IMG/VR virus record: IMGVR_UViG_3300032270_000543
Coordinates: 64,001 to 128,000 of that record
Reading direction: 5' to 3' (one strand)
Source: a virus
Lineage: Duplodnaviria > Caudoviricetes
Length of the DNA stretch: 64,000 nt
The position numbers and the translations under genes are program-made. Under the pieces are notes generated by a model. That model was given only the letters and a program-made list of their open reading frames with translations, did not search any database and was not told where the DNA came from. This document shows positions 1-9,114 of the stretch, in pieces. Each line of letters begins with the position of its first letter. The stretch's first letter is position 1.

Positions 1-718
1 TTGGAAACGCACCTTTTTGATTCTGCACAATGTCTTTGAAAAAATTGGCGATAGAGTACTGTATGGCAAAATTCAACGCTCTGGCGCGAAGGGCTTCGCC
101 CGTGCTTCTGACATTATCCATTCCAAGAGTAGCAGCAGTAAGAATATTCTTGGAGTTCTCAAGATCCGCCTTGTAATTTGGAACAAGAGATCGCAGGTCA
201 TTTTCATCAAACGGATACGATGTGCTTGCTATGGCAGAAACAAGATCGGGACTAGTCAATTTGTCAAGCAGCACAGAAGTTCTGCCGTGAGCATTCAAAA
301 CATTGTAGATTGCATTTCCGCCAACCTGATTCAACACACCCAAACCAGTAACAGCATCCACATTCTCCTTGCCCAAGACACACGAAGCAGATTCATATAG
401 ACTCAAAAGACCGATAGAAGACATAAGGTTCTGCGGACTCAATAGAGTGTTGATTTCTGTCTGAAATCCCGTGAGAGCAGTCCTAGATGATTCCATCGCG
501 GTCTTCAAGGGGGTAAACACTTCCACCAAAGGATTGGGAAGTCCGTTTGGAGATAGTAGTCCGATCAAGCGAGTGAGTTTTTCGATATTTAGATCCGTTG
601 CCTTGAGTGTGGTGGTAAGAGACTCCTTGTGTGGATTCTTAAGAATATCATGTGACAGAGCATATCCAAGAATAGGAATGTCTGTCACGGGAATCGGTAG
701 TGGATTATCGCAAGCCAT
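1..718 (-). CDS. Hypothetical protein (partial; C-terminus runs off window start)
   Basis: ATG at 718 immediately after PAAR stop; frame MACDNPLPIPVTDIPILGYALSHD... read by eye as open to position 1; absent from ORF track because no stop in window. Confidence 0.7.
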   Translation of the reverse strand, partial: MACDNPLPIPVTDIPILGYALSHDILKNPHKESLTTTLKATDLNIEKLTRLIGLLSPNGLPNPLVEVFTPLKTAMESSRTALTGFQTEINTLLSPQNLMSSIGLLSLYESASCVLGKENVDAVTGLGVLNQVGGNAIYNVLNAHGRTSVLLDKLTSPDLVSAIASTSYPFDENDLRSLVPNYKADLENSKNILTAATLGMDNVRSTGEALRARALNFAIQYSIANFFKDIVQNQKGAFP

Positions 719-720
719 AT

Positions 721-999
721 TCAGCCAACCTCAAATGTTAGAGAACCAATTAGCGGAAGATCGCCACAACTGGCAATGCTATTCGTAGTTGCAATAGGTA
801 TTCCGCCAACAACAAACGAAAAGGCTCCAGTTACAATTACAGGAACCGTGTGTATGGGAGGAAGTGGGGATGGTGGGTGAGCAGTGCCAACAGAGCCAAT
901 AAAGCATACAGGAAATCCGTCAACCACAAAAGTTGGATTACCCACTAACATGGGTCCACCATTAATGAAGTCTATGCCCTGCCGTATTACACGCGCCAT
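721..999 (-). CDS. PAAR-domain spike tip protein (T4 gp5.4-like)
   Basis: 92 aa with H..H..SCG metal-binding pattern (AHPPSPLPPIH...IASCGD) and VGGIPIA repeat, downstream of gp5. Confidence 0.85.
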   Translation of the reverse strand: MARVIRQGIDFINGGPMLVGNPTFVVDGFPVCFIGSVGTAHPPSPLPPIHTVPVIVTGAFSFVVGGIPIATTNSIASCGDLPLIGSLTFEVG

Positions 1000-1244
1000 T
1001 AGTAAGTTCCTCCCCCAATTTCACCAGTGAATCCACCCGTATTTGGAGATGGATCTTCATAGAATGCCAACAGAGTGAATCCCGACTTGGCGTCTTCTGG
1101 AACATATCCCGATGTTCGGGGAACTGTGCAAATGTAGGTTTTTCCGTTTCGCTCAACCACATCGCCATAAACATACACCTCATACTTTGAAGTACCTTCA
1201 ATGTATTTTCGATGAAAGCCTCTAAAGTTCATGTTGGCAGCCAT
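999..1244 (-). CDS. Small protein with CBM5/12-like carbohydrate-binding motif
   Basis: YVYGDVVERNGKTYIC...YVP resembles Y..GD.V...G..Y chitin-binding module; translationally coupled to gp5 and PAAR. Confidence 0.5.
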   Translation of the reverse strand: MAANMNFRGFHRKYIEGTSKYEVYVYGDVVERNGKTYICTVPRTSGYVPEDAKSGFTLLAFYEDPSPNTGGFTGEIGGGTY

Positions 1245-2359
1245 TAGAAGATAGATCCCTTCAGATTAACTGTGCTTGGACGAACTGCTGGCAAACCAGA
1301 GTTGGCTTCGATGCGCGGGAACGGACGCATCACGAACACCGATCCAAGCGTAGAGAGCGAAATAGTAGTGGCAGACACTGCAAAGTCGCTTCCCGCATGA
1401 AACTCTATGTTCCTCGCAGCCGAAGCCTTTATGTTTCCATCAACTTGTAGATTGACATCCTTTGAAGCAAGCACATTTGCATCACCATTGATCTGTATGT
1501 TTGCATCACTGTTGATTGTAATGCTCATCTTGCCGTCCACGACAAGATTCATCCCCCTGCCGCCCGCCACATAGATGTTCTTGTTGCCATAGACTATTTC
1601 AAAGTCATCGCCAACTATGCGCTGAACGCGCGTTCCGTTTGGATGGCTTGCCCATCCATTTCCTACTTCAGTGAATGATCCCGAATTGTGATATTGTGAA
1701 ATGCGTTCGTGACCAGGCGTATCATCAAACTCCTCTGCATGACCACTTTCTGTAAAACGCACATGGTTCTTTGGATATTGAGCAGCATACGGTGTGGCGG
1801 GTTCCGACCACTGTTGACCAACGCTCATGCTTGGATTGCTCTTGATACCCGTCTTCACTGTGCTGGCTTTTTGAGCAGCAATCGTAGATTTCATTTGCGT
1901 TTGGTCGTTGTTGCGAGCAAGACGATTGGTGTCTGCTTCGTTAACAACAGAAACACCAGAAGGAACCGTTTTTGCCGCAACTTCGTATGCAGTTGCGGGA
2001 TACTTTCCATCTGGATCGTTGAATCCTTTGGTCTTGTTGGACGAGTTCTGTGGGATTCCTCCAAACGAACCAATTATGACAGGATCTTGTGCTTCTTCTC
2101 CATCACGGAAGAATCCAAATACATGGGATCCGTTTAGAAGTCCTGTTGGAGACTGACCGATTCCCGAAACTGCCGCGCTGGTGATGGGCTGCATGGGATA
2201 TGCCCACGGCAAAGATGATGTTGGAAGTTTGGTCAGGTCATCGCTATGAAATCCAAATATGCGAACTCTGCACCGACCAAGATACAACGGGTCAGCGATG
2301 TCTTCTACGACACCGTGCCACCACACAAATGAATCTCTTCCCATGAACTTTTGCATCAT
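1244..2359 (-). CDS. gp5: Baseplate hub/central spike gp5 (OB-fold N-terminus, no lysozyme domain)
   Basis: WWHGVVEDIADPLYLGRCRVRIFGFH...LPWA...VFGFFRDG; YPKNHVRFTESGH-EFDDTPGHERI; beta-helix C-terminus. Confidence 0.92.
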   Translation of the reverse strand: MMQKFMGRDSFVWWHGVVEDIADPLYLGRCRVRIFGFHSDDLTKLPTSSLPWAYPMQPITSAAVSGIGQSPTGLLNGSHVFGFFRDGEEAQDPVIIGSFGGIPQNSSNKTKGFNDPDGKYPATAYEVAAKTVPSGVSVVNEADTNRLARNNDQTQMKSTIAAQKASTVKTGIKSNPSMSVGQQWSEPATPYAAQYPKNHVRFTESGHAEEFDDTPGHERISQYHNSGSFTEVGNGWASHPNGTRVQRIVGDDFEIVYGNKNIYVAGGRGMNLVVDGKMSITINSDANIQINGDANVLASKDVNLQVDGNIKASAARNIEFHAGSDFAVSATTISLSTLGSVFVMRPFPRIEANSGLPAVRPSTVNLKGSIF

Positions 2360-3699
2360 ACCCCCAAGAACGATTTGGACAGTTCCATCTTACAGGTGTA
2401 TCCCATGTTGAAAATATGCTTAATGCTGGTGACAAGATACTTGCCCCCAAGATTTTTGTCGATTGGATCATCGAACAGTTGTGCATCTGCCTGAACTTTC
2501 GGGATATACAGATCCACGATATCACCTACGCGCCTACGAGAATCACCGAAAACCTCAATCATAACCTTTTGACCAGACAACAAACTGTTCATCTGAAATC
2601 TTCTCTTCAAGTAGATATCTTCGGTTCTCATGTTGTCTACAACGGGATTGAGAACACTGTAAGCCGTATAAGGGGTCACAGGAAAATAGTCCATTGTTGC
2701 GGGCTTTGTGAAAATCTTCTCTGCCTGCGGATCCTTGCTCTGAAAGTGATTTTTGCTTCCTGTCTTTGGGATGTCTTCAAAGCCATCAAGTTCCTTGAAA
2801 TTGATTGTGCGCTGCTGCTTCTTCATCAGATCATGGACAACCAGCATGGACGAAACCTTTCCATCCATGAAGTTAGATACCATGTCAAAACGCGACAACT
2901 CCTCTAGTTTCTGTACCTTGTCGTAACGCGGTGGCAGCGGTGTCTTTTCTACAACAAACGGACTACCGATTGGAACGCCCCCGCCAATCATAAGATTTCC
3001 CGTGTTGTAGAAATACTTGATGACGCGGTTGTTGGTCGCGGCATCCTGCATGATAGAGGCTAGGCTTTTGAACTTGTATCCGTCAAGTGTTTCAAAAAAC
3101 ATGAACGGACTGTACGAGCCGTCTGTCTTGCTTACCGCCTTGGAACACAACCAATTTATGGCGCGGAACGGATTTTGATGTGCAGACAAAACAAACGAGT
3201 AGTCGTGCTTTGTGCCTTCAACATCAAGACGATCCTTCCATACTTGTTCTGGAAAGTGCCGTGTCATCACTGTGTTCACCATGTCCGACACTTTTCCGCC
3301 CACAGCATAACCGCACCGCTCGGTGAAGTTGAAATAGCCGCCTTCGCTGATTAGATGAAGAGTGTATCGTTGACTTTTGCTGTTTGGCTCTATGTGGTGC
3401 GAATCAATCTTGTAGACCCGAAACAGAAGTTTGACCGATTCAAGACCATCTACATCAGTTCTGAAAACTAGTTCAACCAACTCCTGTCCGCGAATGGGCA
3501 AAAACTCGCTGATGTTCAACCCATCGTTCATGTGAATCTTTGCCGTGATACACGGAGAATAAATGTCCTCGTAAACCTCCATGTAACTAAAAAGGTAACG
3601 AATGTTGATGTTATCTCCTGATGGCAACGAGTACATGATGAGACTTTCAAGTTGATAGTCTCCAGCCTTCATCAAGTTTCCGCCGTTGCCTGATTCCAT
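2356..3699 (-). CDS. Baseplate hub protein (gp27-like)
   Basis: YEDIYSPCITAKI, FMFFETLDGYKFKSL, GDSRRRVGDIVDL, GKYLVTSIKH motifs; between gp53 and gp5. Confidence 0.8.
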   Translation of the reverse strand: MESGNGGNLMKAGDYQLESLIMYSLPSGDNINIRYLFSYMEVYEDIYSPCITAKIHMNDGLNISEFLPIRGQELVELVFRTDVDGLESVKLLFRVYKIDSHHIEPNSKSQRYTLHLISEGGYFNFTERCGYAVGGKVSDMVNTVMTRHFPEQVWKDRLDVEGTKHDYSFVLSAHQNPFRAINWLCSKAVSKTDGSYSPFMFFETLDGYKFKSLASIMQDAATNNRVIKYFYNTGNLMIGGGVPIGSPFVVEKTPLPPRYDKVQKLEELSRFDMVSNFMDGKVSSMLVVHDLMKKQQRTINFKELDGFEDIPKTGSKNHFQSKDPQAEKIFTKPATMDYFPVTPYTAYSVLNPVVDNMRTEDIYLKRRFQMNSLLSGQKVMIEVFGDSRRRVGDIVDLYIPKVQADAQLFDDPIDKNLGGKYLVTSIKHIFNMGYTCKMELSKSFLGV

Positions 3700-3700
3700 T

Positions 3701-4612
3701 TTATACTCCTAACAATGCTTCTAGTTCACGGGTGGCTTGTTTCTTGTACGCAGGATCAAGAACACGAATTTTTCGCTTATCGTCATTAACACCCATCTCA
3801 TAAATTATATTCGATACAGCATATGAGTTGTAAGCACTACCCGATATTCCCATGTATCCGCCAATAAAGGTCTGCCACATACCGTAGGTGGCACCATTCG
3901 GGGCATAGTTCAATCCCTCTGTGCTTTCAGGATATTCATCCAAAGTCACGCCGATTGATCCACTGATGCTTCCATATGTGGACGACTGATACGAAAGTGG
4001 ATCTGCGATAAATTTGTCCGCCGCACCAATATCACTAGTTCCTTTTTGCACTTCGAAATGGTGAACCGAATACTGATAATCAAGAACACGATGAATCTCT
4101 ACTGGCGTGAGAGTTCCCGTTCCTGTGTCTATTGTTGCGGAACCAGCCGCAAAAGACGGATCAGCAACAACCACACGGCAAAGCGTAGGCTCAAAGTTGG
4201 TAATGGACGCGGTGAATTTGCCTTGAGAAAGTGTGCATCCCGATACAACAGCAGGATCGAAGAAGAAGGTATCGTCTGGTTTTGTTATGAACACAGCATA
4301 TCCGCTGTATTTCTTTGAAATGTACTCCTGAAGAGCAGACTCCGACTTGCACCAATCGTGATAGGGATTGATTATGTTATTGCACAGCAAGACGAGCCAA
4401 TGATAATCGGGACTCCCGTACAGACGCTCTGCTATATGCTCGGGTCGCTCTCCATCCTTGACATCGTAGGTGTAGAATGCACCAACTCCGCTTTTTATTT
4501 CGTCCGACAGTGCGATGCGACGAAGCAGATTTCGCACCCATACAAGACGAAAGTTCTGAAGGTCTGTGCCAACAGGGTACTGAAGTACAGGAAATTTCGA
4601 GAAGTAAGCCAT
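3701..4612 (-). CDS. gp53: Baseplate wedge subunit gp53
   Basis: MAYFSKFP, LysM-like YDVKDGERPEHIAERLYGSPDYHWLVLLCNNIINPYHDW, C-terminal YE..NDDKRKIRVL. Confidence 0.9.
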   Translation of the reverse strand: MAYFSKFPVLQYPVGTDLQNFRLVWVRNLLRRIALSDEIKSGVGAFYTYDVKDGERPEHIAERLYGSPDYHWLVLLCNNIINPYHDWCKSESALQEYISKKYSGYAVFITKPDDTFFFDPAVVSGCTLSQGKFTASITNFEPTLCRVVVADPSFAAGSATIDTGTGTLTPVEIHRVLDYQYSVHHFEVQKGTSDIGAADKFIADPLSYQSSTYGSISGSIGVTLDEYPESTEGLNYAPNGATYGMWQTFIGGYMGISGSAYNSYAVSNIIYEMGVNDDKRKIRVLDPAYKKQATRELEALLGV

Positions 4613-6489
4613 CAGAATCCTTTACCGACTTGTTCGCGTGTTGTGAGTTCGATTTCCTTGAACGATAGAGTCAGGCTGATTGCTGTGGGCGAATTGTCTT
4701 CAAAAGTAGAGAAGACACCATTGACTGTGTAGTCAACAGAAATGCTTTCACAGGCAAGACGAGCAATCTGCGGAATGGTTGGATTGTCAATCCATCCTTT
4801 TACCTTTGGATTGGGATGACTCGACAAAAACCGAACCTCGAATTCAGCAGGAGCGCGAAGAATGATTGAAGCATTCGATGCCTCCTGACCAACCACTTCC
4901 TCGTCATGTGCGGGGTTCGCATGATATCGGAAAGTATCCACGATGGTCTTTATCATCTTCGACTCATCGGGGCTGCGAGGATACATTTCCCATGTGAATT
5001 GAAAAGTTCTGTAGTCCTTTGCTTTGAAGATACGCTCAATTCGTGGATTGATCACATATCCCGTAAGAGCAGTAACCGTGCCAGCCTGACCAACTTTGTC
5101 TGCTAATTTCAATCCACCCGCTACTGCTCCCTGTGCAATAGAATCAAGCGTGTTGTTCAGGGCATCAAGCATACCCTGAGCAACCATAGTGTTTGCATCA
5201 TCATATATGAAGGTATCTTCGTTTCCAATTTTGTTGCAGATAGGCAAGTAAATGGAAACCATCTGATCGTACTTTGGAGAGTTTTGGAGTGCTTTGGTGA
5301 GTGCCGTTCCGATTCCCGCCGCAACACCAGCGGCAAGCCCTGATCCCAAACCAGCAAGTCCACCTTTAACAATGGACTCGCGCCAACTCTTTCCCGATTG
5401 TCTTGAAAGTCCAGCAGCAGTCACGGCTCCTGTAACGGCGGCTACAGCACCAACTTTGATTCCTACTTCAGTAGCATTAGTCTTTTCCAAATTGCTGCTG
5501 ACACGATTACTTACGAGTTGACGCTCTTGAACATCAAAGTTTACACCTTCAGATTCAGCGGATGTAACCGAGTCCTGACTTGCTGCGGGAGTTCCTTCCG
5601 CCATTGCCTTCAACTGCGCCACAGTCAAAGCAACATTCACCGCCATAGACATATCAATTGGCTTGGAGTCTTTGTTGGTAGCGACAAGTTCAGAAATACC
5701 TTGAGACTTGTCTCCCCGCATGGTCTTGACCGCACCGATTACAGCAGTAGTAAATTGACCTGCCGCAGCCAAAGAGCCAAGATTGTTCAGCAGACCCGTA
5801 ACCTTATCGCTCTCAACCTTTGCGTCTTTGAGTTCTTTCTTCTCAAATCTCCAAAAAATCTTGAACTGCATGACATGGGGCATCTGCGTAGTACCGATGT
5901 CCAAAGGATACTTTAGTATGCTTGGTGTCTTTCTAGACCCCTTCTTCTCTTCTGGTTTACCTTCAAGTGCTTTGACTATCTTGTTTACTTCTTTGACACC
6001 TTCAACGATGCTGTTGTCGAATGCCGTTACTACGCGGTTGGTTGCAGCAACAACTCCGTCCTTGACATTCTTGACACCCTGCTTGACAGACTGTACAGCG
6101 GCTTCACCCTGTGCAATTCCCTTGTTGACCAGTGACTGCCACAAACCTGGTTGTGACGAAGGAGCGGTCTTATCAAGAGTCTGTGGGGGGATTGACGGTG
6201 CAGGAGTCGAAGACGGAGTTTGTTCGTGGAGTTCTTCTTGAGTCCACTTTCCGTTTTTATGTGATGCGACTTGCTTTCCAGGTCCACCAAGTTGCATTCC
6301 GTTTGACTGTGCCCATATCACTTCGGCTTGTAGTCCCGCTCTGCCACGAAGTCCCTCGTCAGTCGCTCTGGCTCGTTCAGGACCATATTTTTCGATGGTT
6401 TCACGCTTCATCTTCTCATACAGATACCGCTCCAATGCCAATTTATCATTGTAAGACATTGGTGGATTTGGACCTGATGCTAATGACAT
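4612..6489 (-). CDS. gp48: Baseplate tail-tube cap gp48 with long N-terminal extension
   Basis: LKYPLD, INPRIERIFKAKDYRTFQFTWEMYPRSPDES, C..ISVDYT...LSFKEIE motifs. Confidence 0.85.
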   Translation of the reverse strand: MSLASGPNPPMSYNDKLALERYLYEKMKRETIEKYGPERARATDEGLRGRAGLQAEVIWAQSNGMQLGGPGKQVASHKNGKWTQEELHEQTPSSTPAPSIPPQTLDKTAPSSQPGLWQSLVNKGIAQGEAAVQSVKQGVKNVKDGVVAATNRVVTAFDNSIVEGVKEVNKIVKALEGKPEEKKGSRKTPSILKYPLDIGTTQMPHVMQFKIFWRFEKKELKDAKVESDKVTGLLNNLGSLAAAGQFTTAVIGAVKTMRGDKSQGISELVATNKDSKPIDMSMAVNVALTVAQLKAMAEGTPAASQDSVTSAESEGVNFDVQERQLVSNRVSSNLEKTNATEVGIKVGAVAAVTGAVTAAGLSRQSGKSWRESIVKGGLAGLGSGLAAGVAAGIGTALTKALQNSPKYDQMVSIYLPICNKIGNEDTFIYDDANTMVAQGMLDALNNTLDSIAQGAVAGGLKLADKVGQAGTVTALTGYVINPRIERIFKAKDYRTFQFTWEMYPRSPDESKMIKTIVDTFRYHANPAHDEEVVGQEASNASIILRAPAEFEVRFLSSHPNPKVKGWIDNPTIPQIARLACESISVDYTVNGVFSTFEDNSPTAISLTLSFKEIELTTREQVGKGF

Positions 6490-6526
6490 ACGCTATTTCC
6501 TCTCGGTGGTGCTACATATCTATGCG

Positions 6527-6967
6527 ATGGCGTACAAAGGATATTTCAAACCTCAAAACCCCACAAAATACATAGGCAATCCCACGCAGATTATGTATCG
6601 GAGTATGTGGGAGCGAAAGTTTATGAAATGGTGCGATCAAAGCACGAATGTGCTGCGTTGGGCATCTGAGGAAGTGGTCATTCCATACATGAGTCCGCTT
6701 GATCGAAAAATGCACCGATACTTCGTAGACTTCCTAGTAGAAATCAGACAGCCCGATGGGATTAAAACTTGGTTGGTGGAAATCAAACCCAAAAAACAGT
6801 GCCGCGAGCCAGAGAAGAAAAAAAAAGTAACTCGCGGTTACATTACGGAAGTACAGACTTGGATCACCAACAAGGCTAAATGGGAAGCAGCAAAAGCCGT
6901 TTCCGCATCAAAAGGGTGGGAGTTTAAAATCCTCACAGAAGACGATCTATTCAAGAAACAGCAATGA
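6527..6967 (+). CDS. gp4: Head completion nuclease gp4 (TnsA-like)
   Basis: MAYKGYFKPQNPTKYIGNPTQIMYRSMWERKFMKWCD, HRYFVDF, EIKPKKQ, NKAKWEAA. Confidence 0.93.
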   Translation: MAYKGYFKPQNPTKYIGNPTQIMYRSMWERKFMKWCDQSTNVLRWASEEVVIPYMSPLDRKMHRYFVDFLVEIRQPDGIKTWLVEIKPKKQCREPEKKKKVTRGYITEVQTWITNKAKWEAAKAVSASKGWEFKILTEDDLFKKQQ

Positions 6968-7563
6968 GCAACACCGACACCAATGCCGAACTCAAAGAAT
7001 TGCTTGCAGAAACCACCTCTGCGCTTGGCGGCACGAACAACACCTATGCCTCGCTACTGAAGTTCCTCTCCAATGAAGGCAAGTTGTCGGTTCCAAACAG
7101 GCTCATGCCTGGTCAGATGATCTTTTTCAAATATGCACCAACGAATGAAGCATTTTTAGAATCAGATAAATACTATGATGTGTTTCCGTTGATATTTGTA
7201 ACGGAGGTGCATCGTGGGGGATTTGAAGGAATCAACCTCCACTTTGTAGACATCAAACGAAGGATGTTCCTGTTCAATGCACTGATGGATCAACTCCCAC
7301 TCAAGCGAAACACAGAGGAGTGGAGAAATCGTTTACAGATGAACTATCGCATCTTGAAGGCGGGAAAGAAGTTCAAATTTTTCTATGCGTGTTACAGGAA
7401 ATACTCGTGGGGCGGAATGCGGAAACGACCAGTAGTCATTCCATATGAGAATTGGAAAACACTGGCTGAATCGGAAACGGGCTTTTTCATAGGTGGTCGA
7501 AAGACTGGTGTGTATAGAGAATCGGCAAATCAGATCAAGAGACACAACCAAAAGGCAAGATAA
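6964..7563 (+). CDS. gp2: DNA end protector gp2
   Basis: PGQMIFFKY, YYDVFPLIF, GFEGINLHF motifs; next to gp4. Confidence 0.85.
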   Translation: MSNTDTNAELKELLAETTSALGGTNNTYASLLKFLSNEGKLSVPNRLMPGQMIFFKYAPTNEAFLESDKYYDVFPLIFVTEVHRGGFEGINLHFVDIKRRMFLFNALMDQLPLKRNTEEWRNRLQMNYRILKAGKKFKFFYACYRKYSWGGMRKRPVVIPYENWKTLAESETGFFIGGRKTGVYRESANQIKRHNQKAR

Positions 7564-7566
7564 TCC

Positions 7567-8151
7567 ATGCCAGACGCTACAAACGCAAATCGTACCTCGT
7601 CAATTATGAACATAATGAGTTCGGTTGCTGATTCTGGTTTGGCTTTTGCCAACAGATACGAAGTAATACTATCCATACCAAGAGCGGTGAAAGCGATTGA
7701 TTTGGCTAACATCAGTCTGCGCTGCGATTCCATCAACATACCAGGAAAAGCGTTTAGCACCTCACAGTATCGAATCTATGGTCCAGCAAGAACCATGCCT
7801 TATGAGGTAACTTACAGCGGAGAACTCACTCTGTCTGTCATACTATCAGCCGATATGCGCGAACGGCGTATATTTGAATCGTGGACTACGCTGGTGTCCA
7901 ACCCAGAAAACTTCAAAATGGGTTACTACAACAACTATGTGGCGGACAATATGCTCATACGAATCCTCACCAAGGCAGACACGGTGGTGTACGAAGCCGT
8001 GGTAGAAGAGGTGTATCCCAAGTCGATTGGCGATCTTCAACTAGGATATGAGAAAGACAACGAAATACTACGCCAAGACATAACCCTTGCGTATCGCAAA
8101 TATACCCCAAACTTCTACACACAAAACCTAACAGGAATAGTGGGTCAGTAA
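7567..8151 (+). CDS. Tail tube initiator/tube-like protein (gp54/gp19 family)
   Basis: GLAFANRYEV, CDSINIPGK, PYEVTY, FESW, EVYPKSIGDLQLGYE. Confidence 0.8.
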   Translation: MPDATNANRTSSIMNIMSSVADSGLAFANRYEVILSIPRAVKAIDLANISLRCDSINIPGKAFSTSQYRIYGPARTMPYEVTYSGELTLSVILSADMRERRIFESWTTLVSNPENFKMGYYNNYVADNMLIRILTKADTVVYEAVVEEVYPKSIGDLQLGYEKDNEILRQDITLAYRKYTPNFYTQNLTGIVGQ

Positions 8152-8188
8152 TAAACCGCCTAAATAGAATAGTCACATTATTGAAAAG

Positions 8189-8905
8189 GTGAAAACTATG
8201 AACAAGTTGAAACTACCAGTTGCACAAGTTCCGTACTATACTGCCACTCTTCCCGTATCGGGAATCACCACCAAGTACAGACCGTTTGTCGTTAAAGAGG
8301 AGAAGATCCTCTTGGTGGCTTTGCAGTCACAGGACTCTCAGCAGATTTCCGATGCCATGAGCAGCATCATATCACTATGCACCAATGGAAACATAGACAC
8401 CTACAAAATATGCTCTGCTGATGCGGAGTACATCTTCTTGCAGATCCGTGCCAAGTCGATTGGTGAAGAAGCAAAGCCACAGGTCATGTGTGGCAAGTGT
8501 CAAACACAGACTTCCCTCAAGGTACGATTGGATGAAGTCGCATTGAAGACTTCCACACCCAAATCTGACACAACCATAAAACTAGATGATGATGTCAGTC
8601 TGATTATGCGATATGCAAATATTCACGATCTTGATACAAACAAGTCTCCCGTGGAAGCGGCTTTCGATCTAGCCAAGCAGTGTGTTGAAGCGGTCATCAT
8701 TGGAGAAGATGTAGTTACACGGACAGAAATAGATGATGCTGATTTGGGGAACTTCATCGACAACCTGACTCCAAAAGGCTTCGAGCAGATCATGGACTTC
8801 TTTGAAACCACACCCAAACTGAACTATGGGATTGAGTACACCTGTCCCAAGTGCAGAGAGAAGGTAAAGGTGGAGTTCAAGAGCATTACTGATTTTTTTC
8901 GCTAA
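8189..8905 (+). CDS. gp26: Baseplate hub assembly protein gp26 (probable tail assembly chaperone)
   Basis: YRPFVVKEEKILL, EYIFLQIRAKSIGE, CxxC pairs, FFETTPKL, C-terminal ..DFF. Confidence 0.88.
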   Translation: MKTMNKLKLPVAQVPYYTATLPVSGITTKYRPFVVKEEKILLVALQSQDSQQISDAMSSIISLCTNGNIDTYKICSADAEYIFLQIRAKSIGEEAKPQVMCGKCQTQTSLKVRLDEVALKTSTPKSDTTIKLDDDVSLIMRYANIHDLDTNKSPVEAAFDLAKQCVEAVIIGEDVVTRTEIDDADLGNFIDNLTPKGFEQIMDFFETTPKLNYGIEYTCPKCREKVKVEFKSITDFFR

Positions 8906-9084
8906 CCCTTTGCCACAGTGATCTAGCCTCATATTTTCAGACAAACTTTAACCTTATGCAGCACCACCACTGGTCGCTGTCTGAAATAGAGGAAATGATG
9001 CCTTGGGAAAGGGAGGTATACATACAAATGCTGATTGCCCACCTCAAGGAAGAGCGCGAGAGGGCTAGAAACACAAAGCAGTGA
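8893..9084 (+). CDS. gp51: gp51-like segment, probably reached by -1 frameshift from gp26 (first in-frame ATG only at 8956)
   Basis: -1 frame reads FFSLTLCHSDLASYFQTNFNLMQHHHWSLSEIEEMMPWEREVYIQML..., the gp51-type motif of T4-like phages; slippery T TTT TTT at 8893-8899. Confidence 0.8.
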   Translation, partial: FFSLTLCHSDLASYFQTNFNLMQHHHWSLSEIEEMMPWEREVYIQMLIAHLKEERERARNTKQ

Positions 9085-9114
9085 GCGTCTTCATTTTGAT
9101 ATTAGAGGATACTC

